From contig OX597817.1 of the NCBI GenBank assembly GCA_951406725.2, forward strand, positions 123,938,001 through 124,002,000: a stretch of 64,000 nucleotides of DNA, read 5' to 3'. A program made the translations under genes and the position numbers. Below the pieces are notes generated by a model, which had not been told where the DNA came from, ran no database searches, and saw only the letters and a list, made by a program, of their open reading frames with translations. This document shows, piece after piece, positions 39,333 through 60,485 of this stretch (positions are counted from its first letter, which is position 1; each line of letters opens with the position of its first letter). This DNA is from Octopus vulgaris. Taxonomy: Eukaryota.

Positions 39333-40501
39333 ACATACATACATACATAAAAACATACATATATGCATACATATATACATGTATGTGTGTAGAGAGAAAG
39401 AGACATGATTATAATTACAAATGAAAAAATGTTACTCAGTACATTCTGTAGAGCTGAAATTTCTAATTAAGCCATTAATGACTCACTGTCACATTACATT
39501 ATGTTTCAAACACCATGTATAATACATTTGTTATCTTTCAGATTTTGGTTCATGAATGAAGTTGCAACTGTATGTTGCTGGTAAAACCACTCATTGTTCA
39601 TGGTTTGAAAAGCCAGTTCTTGCTCTTCAGGACAGGTCATATGGTTGAAAATACAGATAGTTCTATGTCCGGACCACTATATTATAAAGAAAACTATGTG
39701 GCCAATGAGAATATTCATTGATAAGGGAGAGTACTCTGCATAGCTCTTACTAAAATATTTCTCAGATTTCTTTGGCTTGAGATGTACAACTAACTAAAAT
39801 TACCCTGGGAGAAATGGTTGCCTGGAGCAACAGATAAAATTAGGATTTTCTAAAGAAAAATACCAAAGTTTGTTTCAGTATTTGAAACTTTTCAGAAAGA
39901 CAAAGTCTACAGATGCATAATCTGTTAGAATGTAGATTACTACCAAATAATTATATCAGTGTCAGTCTCAAAAACCTATTGTTTTAAGTGCAGAAAGTGA
40001 CTTAGAACAGATGAAATAGGCAAGTATGTGTTCACTGTGTAACATTTCACCAATTTTGTCATCTAACTTCAAGGGATAGAAATTTGCTTCATCGTTAAAA
40101 AGTAGTTTCTTCTTTATAGGAAATTAAATAAGTAAAAAAAAAATTTAAATAAAGAAAGAAAATTATCTTTTAAATCCAGGTGTACATACATACATATATA
40201 TATTTACATCAAGCTGCTGAGTAACAGCTAGTGCAAACTGAAGATCCTAGTTTTTGACATTAAATATGCTACCGGATTACGTTGTAAACTGTCTTTGGGT
40301 GTAAGCAGGTGGGAGTAACAGAGATCAGTTACTGTGAAATGAAGCCATAACTAAAATGGATCACCTTCTTTTAGAAGTACTTTGAAAGACCATGAAAAAT
40401 TATCAGATACTTGAATATTACCATTAGTTGCAAAGGAAATTATAAATTCCAATAGAACCAGTTTATGAGATGTCTTAGCAGGAAACTTCCAGAAGTACTA
40501 A

Positions 40502-40935
40502 TCTATATTCTTGAGATAAGAAATTATGTACATTATTTACAATGGACGGATAAGTGTCCTCACCTTGTTTGTTGTTACCACAATATTTTGGCTGATGTAC
40601 GCTCCAGCCTTTATCAGGTGTTCTGGTGGAATTTCGAACCCAACCCTTTATTTGACTAATGGAGTACTTTGTTTTCATTCATAAGGTATTCTTTTTTGCT
40701 GGTGTTATTTTTTCTGTTGATATTATTTCCCATGTCCCCTGCCAGGGATTGAACTCAGAATCCAAGGGTTAGCAGCCGGTGCTCTTATCCACTACACTAT
40801 ATGCCCATGGATACATAATCATAGTGGATAAGAGTGTGGGCTACTAACCTTCAGATTCTGAGTTCAATCCCAAGCATTGTGGTAACAACAAACAAGGTGA
40901 GGGACACCTATCTGTCCATTGTAAATAATGAACAT
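40502..40935. mobile_element. Fold-back element with tRNA-like heads and a degenerate hammerhead fold
   Basis: Outer inverted repeats 40526-40585 / 40876-40935; inner inverted tRNA-like segments ~40741-40806 / 40809-40875; imperfect TSD ccagaagtactaa / ccagaaggttactaa. Confidence 0.72.
40579..40620 (-). ncRNA. Degenerate minimal hammerhead fold
   Basis: cac CTGATAA a ggctg gagcgtacat cagcc AAAA ta TT gtg; perfect stem II; G8 and G12 changed to A, so this copy is probably inactive. Confidence 0.5.
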
Positions 40936-41589
40936 CCAGAAGGTTACTAAAAACAGTTCCTTAAACGAACTATGAGTGGTAAGTAAAAAATCTTGTTATC
41001 ACAGAAAACAACAAGATATAAGACTATAGATTATAAGTTTGCATGAAACACACAAAATTGACATTGTTGCATGAAAGGTCATTTCATGAAGGTTTAAATA
41101 CACTTCCCTGAAATAATTTGAAACCATAATTTTGAATATATATATAAAGAGTTTAGCTGCAATGCAACATGATTAAAGAAACATCATAATGAATACTATA
41201 GAAATATCTCTTCTGAAACATGTAATATAAATAGCTAAACACTTGTTATAGTTTATGTAAAACTGTCAATTGGAAAATTATGTGGAAGAGACTTGATGCA
41301 AAGATCTCGGTTAAAAGAGATTCATGCTCATTAAGAAAGCCCTTATTAACCTGATGCAAAATAGAAGTCATGTGAAAATATGACTAAACGATAATATCTG
41401 ACTCTGTCCACATGCTCATAGATGTTAGATGCACTGTACCTCAAGTTTCCATCTAGCATTATCAAACCTCAAAGAGCTAAAACAATTACCATAGTCACAA
41501 ACAGAATAGTCCTGGGTGACAGGTATTTTTGTGTTGCTACTTGTCCTAGAAGTGGACAACTTGATAGACCTGATAAGGAACTAGTACAC

Positions 41590-41714
41590 GACTGTTGTTT
41601 TTTTTCATTGGCCCAAAGCTATAGTAGAAGACACTTGGCCAAGGTATCACACAGTGGAAGTGAACCCAGGGTCATGTGGTTTGGAAGCAAACTTCTTACC
41701 ACAAAGCCACACCT
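41590..41714 (-). mobile_element. SINE family A head fragment
   Basis: ctatagtagaagacacttggccaagg...gaacccagggtcatgtggtttggaagcaaacttcttaccac. Confidence 0.72.
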
Positions 41715-42381
41715 ATCAGATCAAACCAATAAAAGTGATAAAAATATCTCTAAACTACCATGCTGTGATAGAAAATGTAGATTGTGTTATACTACTATGG
41801 GAGATATCAGATAATCAATCCACAAAACTTCCACAGGGTACTAACTTCCCCTGAGATATAAAACTATTCCAAAAACTATTCAAAATACTTTCTATAGAAA
41901 GGATTGTCAGCATAGAAAGGATGGTCAAGCAAAAAGTACACCGGAATCATAATGTATCAATGCCTTTAATGATAAAGAATCCCACTGAAACATTCCAATT
42001 ACATCAGCAATCTGATTCAAATGAATCAGAACTGGTATCGCTCTGTGGTACAAGGAACAAATGTGAACTACTGTAAAAGCCTGCTGCATGCCAAATGTGA
42101 ATATTTATATGTATGATATATTAAAATTGAGGAAAGAGATAACAATTTATGGTGAAGTAAAGTAGAATTAACAACTATCCTGGTTACAGGGTTCATTTAC
42201 ATCTGTTATTTTAGATGCACTTATAGACACATTTACAGATAATAGTAATAGATTCACACAGAGACCTGGAAATGGATTAGTTTTCTAAAATCAAACAAAG
42301 CAATCTGATTTGCAACACCCAAATATAATCGATTAGTGCATCAGTGAAGATGTGTGTGCATATGTATGTGTGCATGTGTGC

Positions 42382-42426
<45 letters not shown>

Positions 42427-42599
42427 TACACTATACACAAACATATATACATAAATATATATGTGTGTTCATTTTTTGATGATCCATCTTCGTTGAGCAT
42501 CAAAATGCACTTGGAGCACTTACTGCAGGGCTCTATTCAACCACAATGATTAAATGCACATATGAACTATAATATAAACTTGTGTTTGTCCTTACTTCT

Positions 42600-43210
42600 C
42601 ATAGTCTTTTATTCTTTTATTCCTTATACATTTCGGCATTAGGTTATGGCCATGCTGGGGCACCACAAGTATTATTACCTTTGCAATGCCTATTATTATG
42701 TGAATAACTTTTGGCGAAGGAAGAAGTTCAATATTGTAGCCCTCTTTTTGAGTTTCTTGCCATGATGTAGGCTCATCTTGGGCCTTGAACAGCAAGAGAT
42801 CAAGCTGTTTCTTGAAAGCATCCACCCTAACTCCTTACATATCTCTCAGATGTTTTAGCAGGTTATTAAACAGCCACATGTCCTTGAGTCTTAAGCTATT
42901 GCAGTACATGTTACTCACACTAAATTGGATGGCTGGGACCATTGGAACTGTGCAATGACGTATAATTTGGGAGCTGGTATAGCTATTGATGCCAAAGTTT
43001 AGTGCCTACCCCTCCAGGATATCACTGCATATCCCTCTCATCTTCACTCTAGGGAGTAGAGTCATAACTCTTTCCATTTCTCCAGTAGTTCAGCTGTTCT
43101 ATTGAAGCTGGTGTAGTACCACTGAACTACTTCGAGTTCCACTATTAATTTGACACTGTGAGGTGACCACGATTGAGAGCAGCAGTCCAGACAGCTGAGG
43201 ACAGATGGGT
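42600..43210 (-). mobile_element. CR1-like LINE 3' fragment (second copy ~50670-51280)
   Basis: Decayed peptides LYSLE*R*EGY, WLFNNLLKHLRD, DAFKKQLDLLLFKAQDEP; tail ggtgccccagcatggcc...aataaaagaataaaag. Confidence 0.75.
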
Positions 43211-43227
43211 ATGATTATATATATATA

Positions 43228-43616
43228 CTAGCAGTATCACCCGGTCCTGCTTGGGTTTGTTTCGACCCTTTAGAATTGAAAATTTTGAAAAGTAAAAATT
43301 TTGCATTATGCAACTTGTTATTCTCTTCAAGTGAACATTTTTCCAGTTGAAATACACCGAAAAATGGTGACACAGCACTCAAAAATCGTAAAAAATAAGG
43401 ATTTTCATTGGAAAAAAGCACCTTTTTGATGTAAATAATTTTTGGTGTTAACATGGTCCGATTTGAATTTTATCTCCTTCAGAATGAAAAGCAAGCCTTC
43501 TTCTATCATACGCTCAATTTTGGTCAACTTGCGCTGCAGGGTCTCGAAGGAGATAGTGTTAGTTGAAGGCTACCAAACCTGCCACACACAGACAACCTCA
43601 GCTTTATATATAGAGA
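43228..43616 (-). mobile_element. Non-autonomous Helitron (second copy 51296-51684)
   Basis: 5' TCTCTATATATAAAG; 3' CCCAAGCAGGACCGGG hairpin remnant + CTAG; 3' end homologous to that of 4865-5257. Confidence 0.82.
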
Positions 43617-43665
43617 TTTGCTACACACTACTTTCCATCCTTAATAATGAAACTTGGTAGATCCA

Positions 43666-44345
43666 AAAGTTAAACACACAGACACACACACAGATACACA
43701 CACAGACACACAAGTTGAGTTTTATATATATATAGATTTCTCAACGGGGATTTCAGAGGAGAGTTTCAGGGAGTCGCTGGTGATGTATCGTGATGATAAA
43801 AAATCAGGCCTGCTAAAATTTGGTTAAAGTGATTCAAACTGCAGACTCAATGCAAAATGGTCACATTGAATTCAAAGCGTTAAAAATGTTATGAAAACAA
43901 TTGATATGTGTTCACAAAGTCCAAACGATTAATACGAAAAAACCCTCCAGGCTACATCCCGAAAATTGATTTCTTTGCCGAATTTCTACAATGTTTACGG
44001 CGATTCGTTTTTATATCTTGATTTTTTTATTTTTCATGCAATTTATGCATGCTTGCACACGTGGTGAACACAGTTCACATCAAACAGCTGACTGAGTAAA
44101 GTTCACTATTCAATGCATGGGATAAGGCCTAAACAAACACATTAGCGATTTTTACACTTGCGAGATGAATTTCGGAACAGAAATAATGCAGTTCAATTTT
44201 CATTCACCTAAACTTTAAGTGACCCATTTTTAGTGGTTCTACGATTTGTTGACTAGGAGGAGATGTGCCAGGAAGTTAAACACACAGACACACACACAGA
44301 TACACACACAGACACACAAGTTGAGTTTTATATATATATATATAT
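43666..44345 (-). mobile_element. Helitron-like fragment with duplicated ~65-bp 5' end
   Basis: aagttaaacacacagacac...aagttgagttttatatatatata at 43667 and 44273; the first copy reads TCTATATATATATAAAA on the minus strand; no 3' hairpin-CTAG identified. Confidence 0.5.
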
Positions 44346-44833
44346 ATTCAATCACAAACACATACAAACATACATATATATACACATACATATTTATACA
44401 CAGGTATATATATTTACATGTATTTGTGTGTGTGAATACCTTTACACATTTGCATTAAAAGATTTACTACACAAGGTTTTGACATGACTATAGTTCGGTA
44501 CCCTGCCAACTTTGTTTCCTCATAACTTTTTGAAGAAGCATTATGTTTTAATGAAATTTTGCTGAAATACTCAACTAGAAAGCTAAATGAAAAAAGGGAG
44601 ATGAAGACAGATAAAGAGAGTGGGGTGAGAAAAGGAGGGAGGGAGAGGAAGAGAGAGTTAGAGGAAGAGAGAGAGAGAGAGAAAGGGAGGGTGAGAGAAA
44701 TTGGAGAAGAATATTGTGTGAAAAGAAAGAATCAATGAATGGGAAAGGAAATTGAAGAGAGAAGCTTCATTGTTATGTTATTCATATGATATTGATTTCA
44801 GAAGGAGATTGACAGAGAGAGAGAGTAGTAGAT

Positions 44834-44898
<65 letters not shown>

Positions 44899-47097
44899 TA
44901 GGAAAGAGAGAGCATGAGAAAATTAGGACAGAAGACTCATTTATGATAATGAATGTCTTTGAATTACATAATTGCTACATTGAATCTAATTTATATATGT
45001 TCTGTAAGATTCTATAGAAAAAGTAAATAATGAAACAATATCATTATATTTTTTCATTAGTCTTATTGTTATTGCATACTTTCTCTGCACTAAACGCCAC
45101 CCTGGGTGCCTTGGGTATGTACAGTATTTTATTCTTTTTTTTTTTTAAAGCTTTTCTATTGAATCAAAAATGCTCTATGTAATAGGTGTGCAGTGCCTAG
45201 TAGTGTTATTTTTTGGAATGTTGTGCTCATTCATAATTCCTGAGGTTTTGGTCTTATATGTGTCTGCTTATTTTTTTAGTCATTTCCAAAGCACCTATTA
45301 TTATAATAGTGACTATTTCTGTTTTCGGTTTTCACATTCTGGTTATCTTTGTTTCCAAATCTTTACACTTGGCTGATTTCTTTATTTCTTTGAAAAATTA
45401 ATTAACATTTGTTTGGACCTGCCATGCTCAGGCCCTTTTTTCTCTTTCTACCCCTTTTGAATATGGCTTTGTAAAAAAATAATTTATCTTCACAGAATAA
45501 ACCTTTAAAGCATCCTTTCTGTTCATCTTGAAAAAGTTTTTCTATTATTTACACATTATAACAATATCCCTCTACTACAATTCAATACCATCCAATTTTT
45601 AATTATGCACTCATAACATCTCACATGACAGGTGAAGTTCTGAGTACAAGTTTGATATGGATGACTACTAACCTCAGTACTCTACTTTAAGTGACTCTGT
45701 GATGTATCACCTCTTAATTTTAGTTATTGATCCAACTTTTCATTTGCAACTTTAACCATATTCAGATAGGTACTCTTTATGCTCCATGTAATCTCTGTAT
45801 CTCCACTTTGTCTTCAGTACCCATATGAAAATGTGCATGGTACCCTCTAGAGGGGAGTATTATACACTTTCAGAAGCACTAAACTATAGCATCAATGTAT
45901 TCTTCCTGTTTCACATGGTGAAGATATGTCTAGCAGAAATGAAATTTTGGCTGCTATTTCTAGTCGGTTGACTGTGAAGGGCCCTTTGTTCAGAGTTTCA
46001 TTAGTTATTTGGTTTGATGTGTGTGTGTATGCATGTGTGTGTACATATGTGTATGTGTGCACGTGTATGTATGTGCTTGTGTGTCCAAACTACACATATT
46101 GATGCAGACAGAGACACTTTGATGTGAGTTAAGGCTTTTATGTACATGCAAACTGTATGAGTTCCTGTGAAGTTAGATACATGATAGAATATGTAACCTT
46201 GGATTATTCCTTTTTTTTTTCTCTTTTGAGACCTTCTCAAGGGATGTAATGTTTACACTCGAGTATTAACGCAAAGGAATGAGCAACAAAACTGATATTT
46301 TATTCCGTATCCCTAGAGAACTTACCTCCTTACCAAATAAGCTTTTATCAGAAGTGTATATTGATTATATAGCTATTATTTTCACATTAGTTGGATTACG
46401 TCTGCATTCAGACTTGTTTATCCCATGAGTAAATTCTCTTAGATAATGTTTTCTCACTTTCAGAAGTTGTGTTTATGCAATTACTTTGACTTATATTTTC
46501 TGTTGTTCATTAATTTTTATAGCAAATTATTAGTTTAATATTAAGACTGTTTGCTAAAAATATTTGCTTTGATTTTTTTCTTCTTCTTTTTTTTTTACCA
46601 GTTTTTATCCTTCATTTCATATCAGGCTTTTGAAAAGGGTTTTGATACAGAATGAATAAGAGAAGACGCCATATATCTTTTTTTTTTTAATGTTTTTCTT
46701 ATTTATTTCGACTTCATTGCATTAGTTTTACTTTAGTTATTAAAGATTTTGTGTTGGCAGAATGAGTAGAATATATAAATATGAAATGTCATCATCATCA
46801 TCATTATCATCATCAGCAGCAGCATCCTCATCATAGTTGCTGTCATCATGAAAGGTTATCATTATTTACATTACCGCTTCTTCCATTATGCCACAGGTGT
46901 GATATGGCCATGTATCAGACTAAACCTGAATGCAACCAAGTTATTCTAAATATAACTTGTACTTAATATAAAAGACGTTATTTCATAAATGAAATACATC
47001 TCAATATAGTGCATAACAAAATACAGATATAAAATTTAAAACGTAGAATAGGATTTGTACTTAATTTGTAAATTTAACACTATTTTCTTCCACATAC

Positions 47098-47396
47098 CAG
47101 TGTGTGTGTATGTGAGTGTGAAAAATTTTTTTGATATTATATATCCACCATTACACATGTTTCATTTGTTAATAGGAGCTACAAAATTAATATTTGGATG
47201 AAGCTTTTGCTTCATTAATAAAAGCTTCATCAAAATGTAAATTTTATTTTACTTGATTCTTTGTCTGAAAAATTTCTAATAAGAAATATTTTACATATTT
47301 TTTCTATATGTACAATTTTGTAACTCCTATTAACAAATGAAAAATGTGTAATGGTGAATAAATAATGATACCCATTTTTTTTCTGCCACTCACCTG
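47098..47396. mobile_element. MITE-like fold-back element (second copy ~55162-55460)
   Basis: caccattacacat.tttcatttgttaataggag.tacaaaatt (47146-47188) inverted at 47314-47356; internal hairpin gatgaagctttt...aaaagcttcatc. Confidence 0.7.
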
Positions 47397-47849
47397 TTTT
47401 GATATGTAATTACTGTGCAAAAATATTTTCCAGTATTTTTCAACTCTTATGCATATCTCACACAATTATAACATCCACATAGAACCTTGTAGTACTGGAC
47501 TAAATAGATGTGCCTGGAGATAACACAGCTTGGATTATAACCATATTCACATGCTCTTTGTATGTATATATATATGTGTGTGTGTATATATATATACATA
47601 TTTATATACACACACACACATATACATATATACATACATACAAACACACATGCACACATATATGTGTGTGTATATATATATATATACACAACAAAGGTGA
47701 GATTCACATTTGAAAAAGAAATGATGCAAGTAACCAACTGTGGAGTCCCCCAGTTGAAGGACATGAATTAAGTGAGCAAGGGGCAACCAAAAAAGACTCA
47801 AGAATGGAATTAAAAGGAATTAAAAGTAAATGCAAGCATAATTTTCAAA

Positions 47850-48112
47850 ACAAAAGACCTCATCTACTGCATCACATGCCTACAGTGCAATGAAAACTAC
47901 ATTAGGAAGACAGGAAGGAAACTGACCAGCCGTGTAAATGTGCATAAACAACAAATTAGGGATTCATCTCTTAGGAATGTTCTATGCAGTGAACATCTAT
48001 ATACCAGTGCAAATGGAAAATTAAAAATATTCCCATTTTACAAAATAAACGATGAAAATGTACAACTACAAAAGAAGAAGAATTTATAAGAATTCTAAAT
48101 CTGAAATTAAAC
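47850..48112 (+). pseudogene. Penelope-like GIY-YIG endonuclease remnant (second copy ~55913-56175)
   Basis: TKDLIYCITCLQCNENYIR(K/E)TGRKLTSRVNVHKQQIRD...CSEHL...KIFPFY, frameshift, KEEEFIRILNLKLN. Confidence 0.85.
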
Positions 48113-48592
48113 CCAAAATAGCCAACATGCCATATAATAAACAATGGTAAAAGAATATTTATGACTAAAACCATAAGTCCAAAAATAAACCAGAAATAAT
48201 ACGACCACTAGCACAAGAGTAACGACTTCCTCTTTAAGAGCGTGTGTGTTTGAAAAGGTTTGTTGAAAGCACTCACACACTAGAAAAAAAACTTCTTCCC
48301 AGAAAAGGTTAGTAACATCCTCATAAAAGATTTCATAACATTATTTAAGAAAATAATCTTTTTAAGAAATCGTCTCTGCACTTCAAAAACTGTATTAAGT
48401 AATCCTCATGAACTTTCATATATATATATATGCCCTCTATAAATAAATTAAATATGTTCAATAAGAAAGAATTATTTTCGAAATTTTTTCTCTTATGAGG
48501 TTTTTTCACGCTATCTACCTGATAATTTCTTGTTAAGATTCCTTATTAAGAAGTTATCCTTAATTGTTAAATTTAATATATATATATATATA

Positions 48593-48790
48593 GCTAATCC
48601 AAACAAGAAAACACAAAAAAAAACACTACAATGCGAGGACGTGGAACAAATACAGTATTATTGGACGCTCAGGAAAGAAGGAAAGAAGGAGGGTTTAACG
48701 TTTCGAGCGGAGCTCTTTGCCGGAAACATAGGAGAAGGAAAGATCCAGAGAAGGGAAGAAGACAGAGGAAAAAAATCGCCAACGGTACAC
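48593..48790 (-). mobile_element. Short TA-inserted element with degenerate hammerhead fold (second copy ~56583-56790)
   Basis: Bounded by (TA)n; 48693-48727 minus reads gttt CCGGCAA a gagc tcc gctc GAAA cg TT aaac. Confidence 0.6.
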
Positions 48791-48809
48791 ATATATATAT
48801 ATGTATATA

Positions 48810-48960
<151 letters not shown>

Positions 48961-49445
48961 TATACCTAATCATATCAAAGGGAAATGGAAATTAATTAAA
49001 ATTTTTATTTCCAGTGGCCTAACGTGTAAAAATTTAGTCTATGTATTAAGACTATGTATTAGACATAAAATACAGTGTACATTTAAACACATAAGGAATT
49101 CACTATATATACAGTAGTACCTTGGCTTTCAAACACCTCTGATCACGAATAAATTGTGCTTTATATATATATATGTTTGTGTGTTCATGATTGTGTGTTT
49201 GTATGTGTGCGTGTATTTGTATGCGTGTGTGTATTTGTGTGTGTACCTCTGTCTTCTTGTGTGTGCATGTTTGAGTGTGTCTTTGTGTATGGGTTTGTCT
49301 ATGTACATGCATCTGTTATGTATGTATATGTGTCTCCATATGCGTTCTTGTGTGTACGTGTGTGTGCTGATCTGTATGTATTACCTATGTACCTATCTAT
49401 CTGATTATCTATGTTAACTCAGATATCCATTTACCTACATATATA

Positions 49446-50073
49446 CATGGTGCATAAGATAATTGAGGACAGATATATGTTTATAAAAAAAACCCAGATA
49501 TATAACAGGTAATAACTTTGCTTATCAAAAAATGCTATGAGGATAAAAATAAACCTTCTTTTCTATAATCTTATTCAATAAAGCCACCTACAGCATCAAC
49601 AATTGCTTCTATATGAAATCTACATCATCTACATGCTTGAATCAATTTGTTCTTGTTCATTTTAGACATTTCTCTGACTATGGTAGCTTTCAAGGAAACT
49701 TTGGTGTTATGGGCATGTTCATTGATCTCTTTCTCAACAATGCTCCTCCTGTAATAGTCCAATAGATTGAGATCTGGAGAATTAAGGAGAATGTTAAGGG
49801 TTATGTGATCATAAAACTTTTCAGCCATCCATTCCTGTGTCACTAGAGCCATGTGTGATAGTGCAGAGTCTTATTGAAACACATATGGCCTTCCATTGCA
49901 TACAATATCTATCCAGAGTTTAACAATTATTTCCAGGACCTCAATGTAGGCGGGAGAGTTAAAACTCTAAGGCCTTGTGGAAAGAAGTAAGGAGGCATCA
50001 CATGTCCTTCATTGCTGACAACCTCTAAAACCATCACTGTTGCAAGAAATTTTGTATACTTAACACCTGGAAC
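49446..50073 (-). mobile_element. Tc1/mariner maT (DD37D-like) transposon remnant
   Basis: VMVLEVVSNEGHVMPPYFF, GRPYVFQ*DSA, LNSPDLNLLDYY motifs; terminus at TA|catggtgcataagataa. Confidence 0.8.
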
Positions 50074-50173
50074 NNNNNNNNNNNNNNNNNNNNNNNNNNN
50101 NNNNNNNNNNNNNNNNNNNNNNNNNNNNNNNNNNNNNNNNNNNNNNNNNNNNNNNNNNNNNNNNNNNNNNNNN
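50074..50173. other. Assembly gap (100 N)
   Basis: Exactly 100 N, a typical placeholder length. Confidence 0.99.
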
Positions 50174-58051
<7,878 letters not shown>

Positions 58052-58168
58052 TTCAGAAGGGTCTGCATATAACCATCTGCTATTATTTCCTGAAACAAAG
58101 ATTATACAGAGTTAGCAAAAAATGCAGCAATGACCCAAAAAAGTATATCCTCAAATACCTTATGCACC

Positions 58169-58221
<53 letters not shown>

Positions 58222-58329
58222 TGTGTGTGTATATATATATATATACATCTACATAATAGCCTACTAACAACTCTACCTGTGTATATATAAACTGTGGGTA
58301 TAGTGGTATGACTACCTTCTACCTATATT

Positions 58330-58684
58330 TCCTAAGTAAAAGAGTGGAAATCGAGCTAGTGAGTGTGTTAGATAATAAGGTACCAAAACAGAATTACTCT
58401 CCCCAGACACAATAAAATATCTCTTTACATTCATACTAAAAGGCTTCAGATTATCCATGTAGAGCAAATGGCTGTAATTTTTCCCTTACTATTTCTGAAC
58501 TGATACCCTGCCTTTAACTTCCTCAATACTAAACTGGGGGGAGATCAAATATGAGACAAATATTAAAGGGGACAACGAGTCCCCCTGGAAAATTCCCCTT
58601 TCAATATTAACTTTCCCTAAGAATGCGTCATCTGAGTAAAGATCTACTTTCCACTTCTTCATGCTAATGCTAATTAATTCTCTT
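58330..58684 (-). pseudogene. R4/Dong-like reverse transcriptase fragment
   Basis: IERGIFQGDSLSPLIFV, then after a frameshift SHLLYMDNLKP (YMDD box). Confidence 0.88.
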
Positions 58685-59709
58685 ACATGCATCACAACCA
58701 TTTATGCATGACATGATGATCTCATATCATGACAGACAGAGCATGACCTTGCAGATGGGGCCCAGTTAGAATTTTCTCCAGGTCAAGCAACCCATCCCAC
58801 TGAAAAGGTCCATGAGTAAGGGCTGTTTAAGGATGTTGAATGAAACACCTATGTTTCCAGAAGTCAATTATTCAAATCACAAAGAATTCCTCACAACACA
58901 TGGATATGATGCTCTCCCACTATTTCTGCTTGTGATCAGAGATGCACATATCGTCAGCCACTAAGGGACATGCTCAAATGGTTAAGGTCAAGCATCTGAC
59001 AAGCAAATCTGTGGTATTGAGCAGAGTATTTGCTGTAGCCCATTTTTTATACTAAGACAAACATGTACATGATAAGACATCCAATCAGTTAAGTTGAGAA
59101 GCCATGAGAGCCAGTGCCTGATACTGCGTCAAGGCATATTATTATTACTGTTGTTGAGTGAGAGAGCAGTGCATGCCATCAAAGTGACACTGGGGTAAAA
59201 TATATGAAGCCCAGTATACCCATCATGACTACCCACCTGATAAGGGTACACCAGGCACATGCATCACAATCATATGTGCATAACATGGTGATATCATATC
59301 AAGATTAACAGCACATGACCTTGCAGATCGGGCCCAGTTAGAATTTTCTTTTGGCCGAGTAGCCCATCCAGTATAAAAGGTCCTTGAATAAGGGTTGTTT
59401 AAGGATATTGAACAAAACACCTATGTTTCCAGAGGTGAATTATCCAAACCCCAAAGAACTCCTCTCAACACATGTTGATGATGCTCTCTGCCCCCTACTT
59501 CTGCTTGTGATCAGAGATGCACATGTCGTCAGCCACTAAGGGACATGCTCAACTGGTTAAGATCAAACAACTGACAAGCAAAACTGTGGTATTGAGCAGA
59601 ATATTTGCTGTAGCCCGTCTTTAATACCAAGACAAAACAATGTACATGATAGCACTTGCAATCAGTTAAGATTGGAAGCAATGAAAGCCAGTGCCTGGTA
59701 CTGCATCAG
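58685..59709 (-). mobile_element. Two tandem family C copies
   Basis: 58685-59137 (truncated) and 59156-59709 (full) match 9196-9750; (ATT)n linker. Confidence 0.85.
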
Positions 59710-60485
59710 TATTATTATTATTGTTGTTGTTGTTGTTGTTGTTGTGATCATAAGAGCAGTGGATTGACAGGATTGTTAGAACATCATAAAATAATATCAT
59801 ATGGTATTTACTCTGGAATGTAACATTCTGAGTTCAAACGATATGTATGTCAGCATATGCTTTGCTTTCATCCTTCTACATCTCATAAAATAAAATAAGA
59901 TATGAGTGCTGGCATTGATTTGATCAAATAATCTCTTTCCTTTAAACTTCTGGATTTGTGCCTGTGCTTGAAACACTTACTATTATTGTTATTGTCATTC
60001 CTATTGTTATCATTTCTGTTGTCATTATCGCTATTTCAACTAAAACATGCACATATTTTAGAAAACACGTAGCAAGTGGAGATGAAATATAATTCATTTC
60101 CAGAGCTTTCACAGCGACATTCCATAATGGAAAAGCATTGCGTTGATGAGAAGGCTTAAGCTGAAAACCTCTACTGGGAAAAAGCCCTTGCAGCAAAGAT
60201 AATCAGCACCACCAGCAACAACAGTGACAGCAGCAGCAGTAGCATTACCAAAGGCTAATTCTTCACTTATTTCTCTCCAGTTACAGTAAATCTTCTGCCC
60301 AGTCTCTGTCCCTGTTCCCTTTTCAATTTTCATTGATCATTACACATATTTCGATAAAAGGTGCTGTATAGCAAGTGAATAAATTGCTTGCCATTAGATG
60401 CAAATAATCCTCTTAGAATTCTTTCACTGGCCTCACATGCTGCACTAATAAATAGTCCCTGCTTACAGTTCAAATTATGCATATA

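Noticed and set aside
40741-40875. Possible genuine tRNA genes
   Set aside because: Acceptor stems do not pair and the segments are embedded in a repeat; treated as SINE-type heads.
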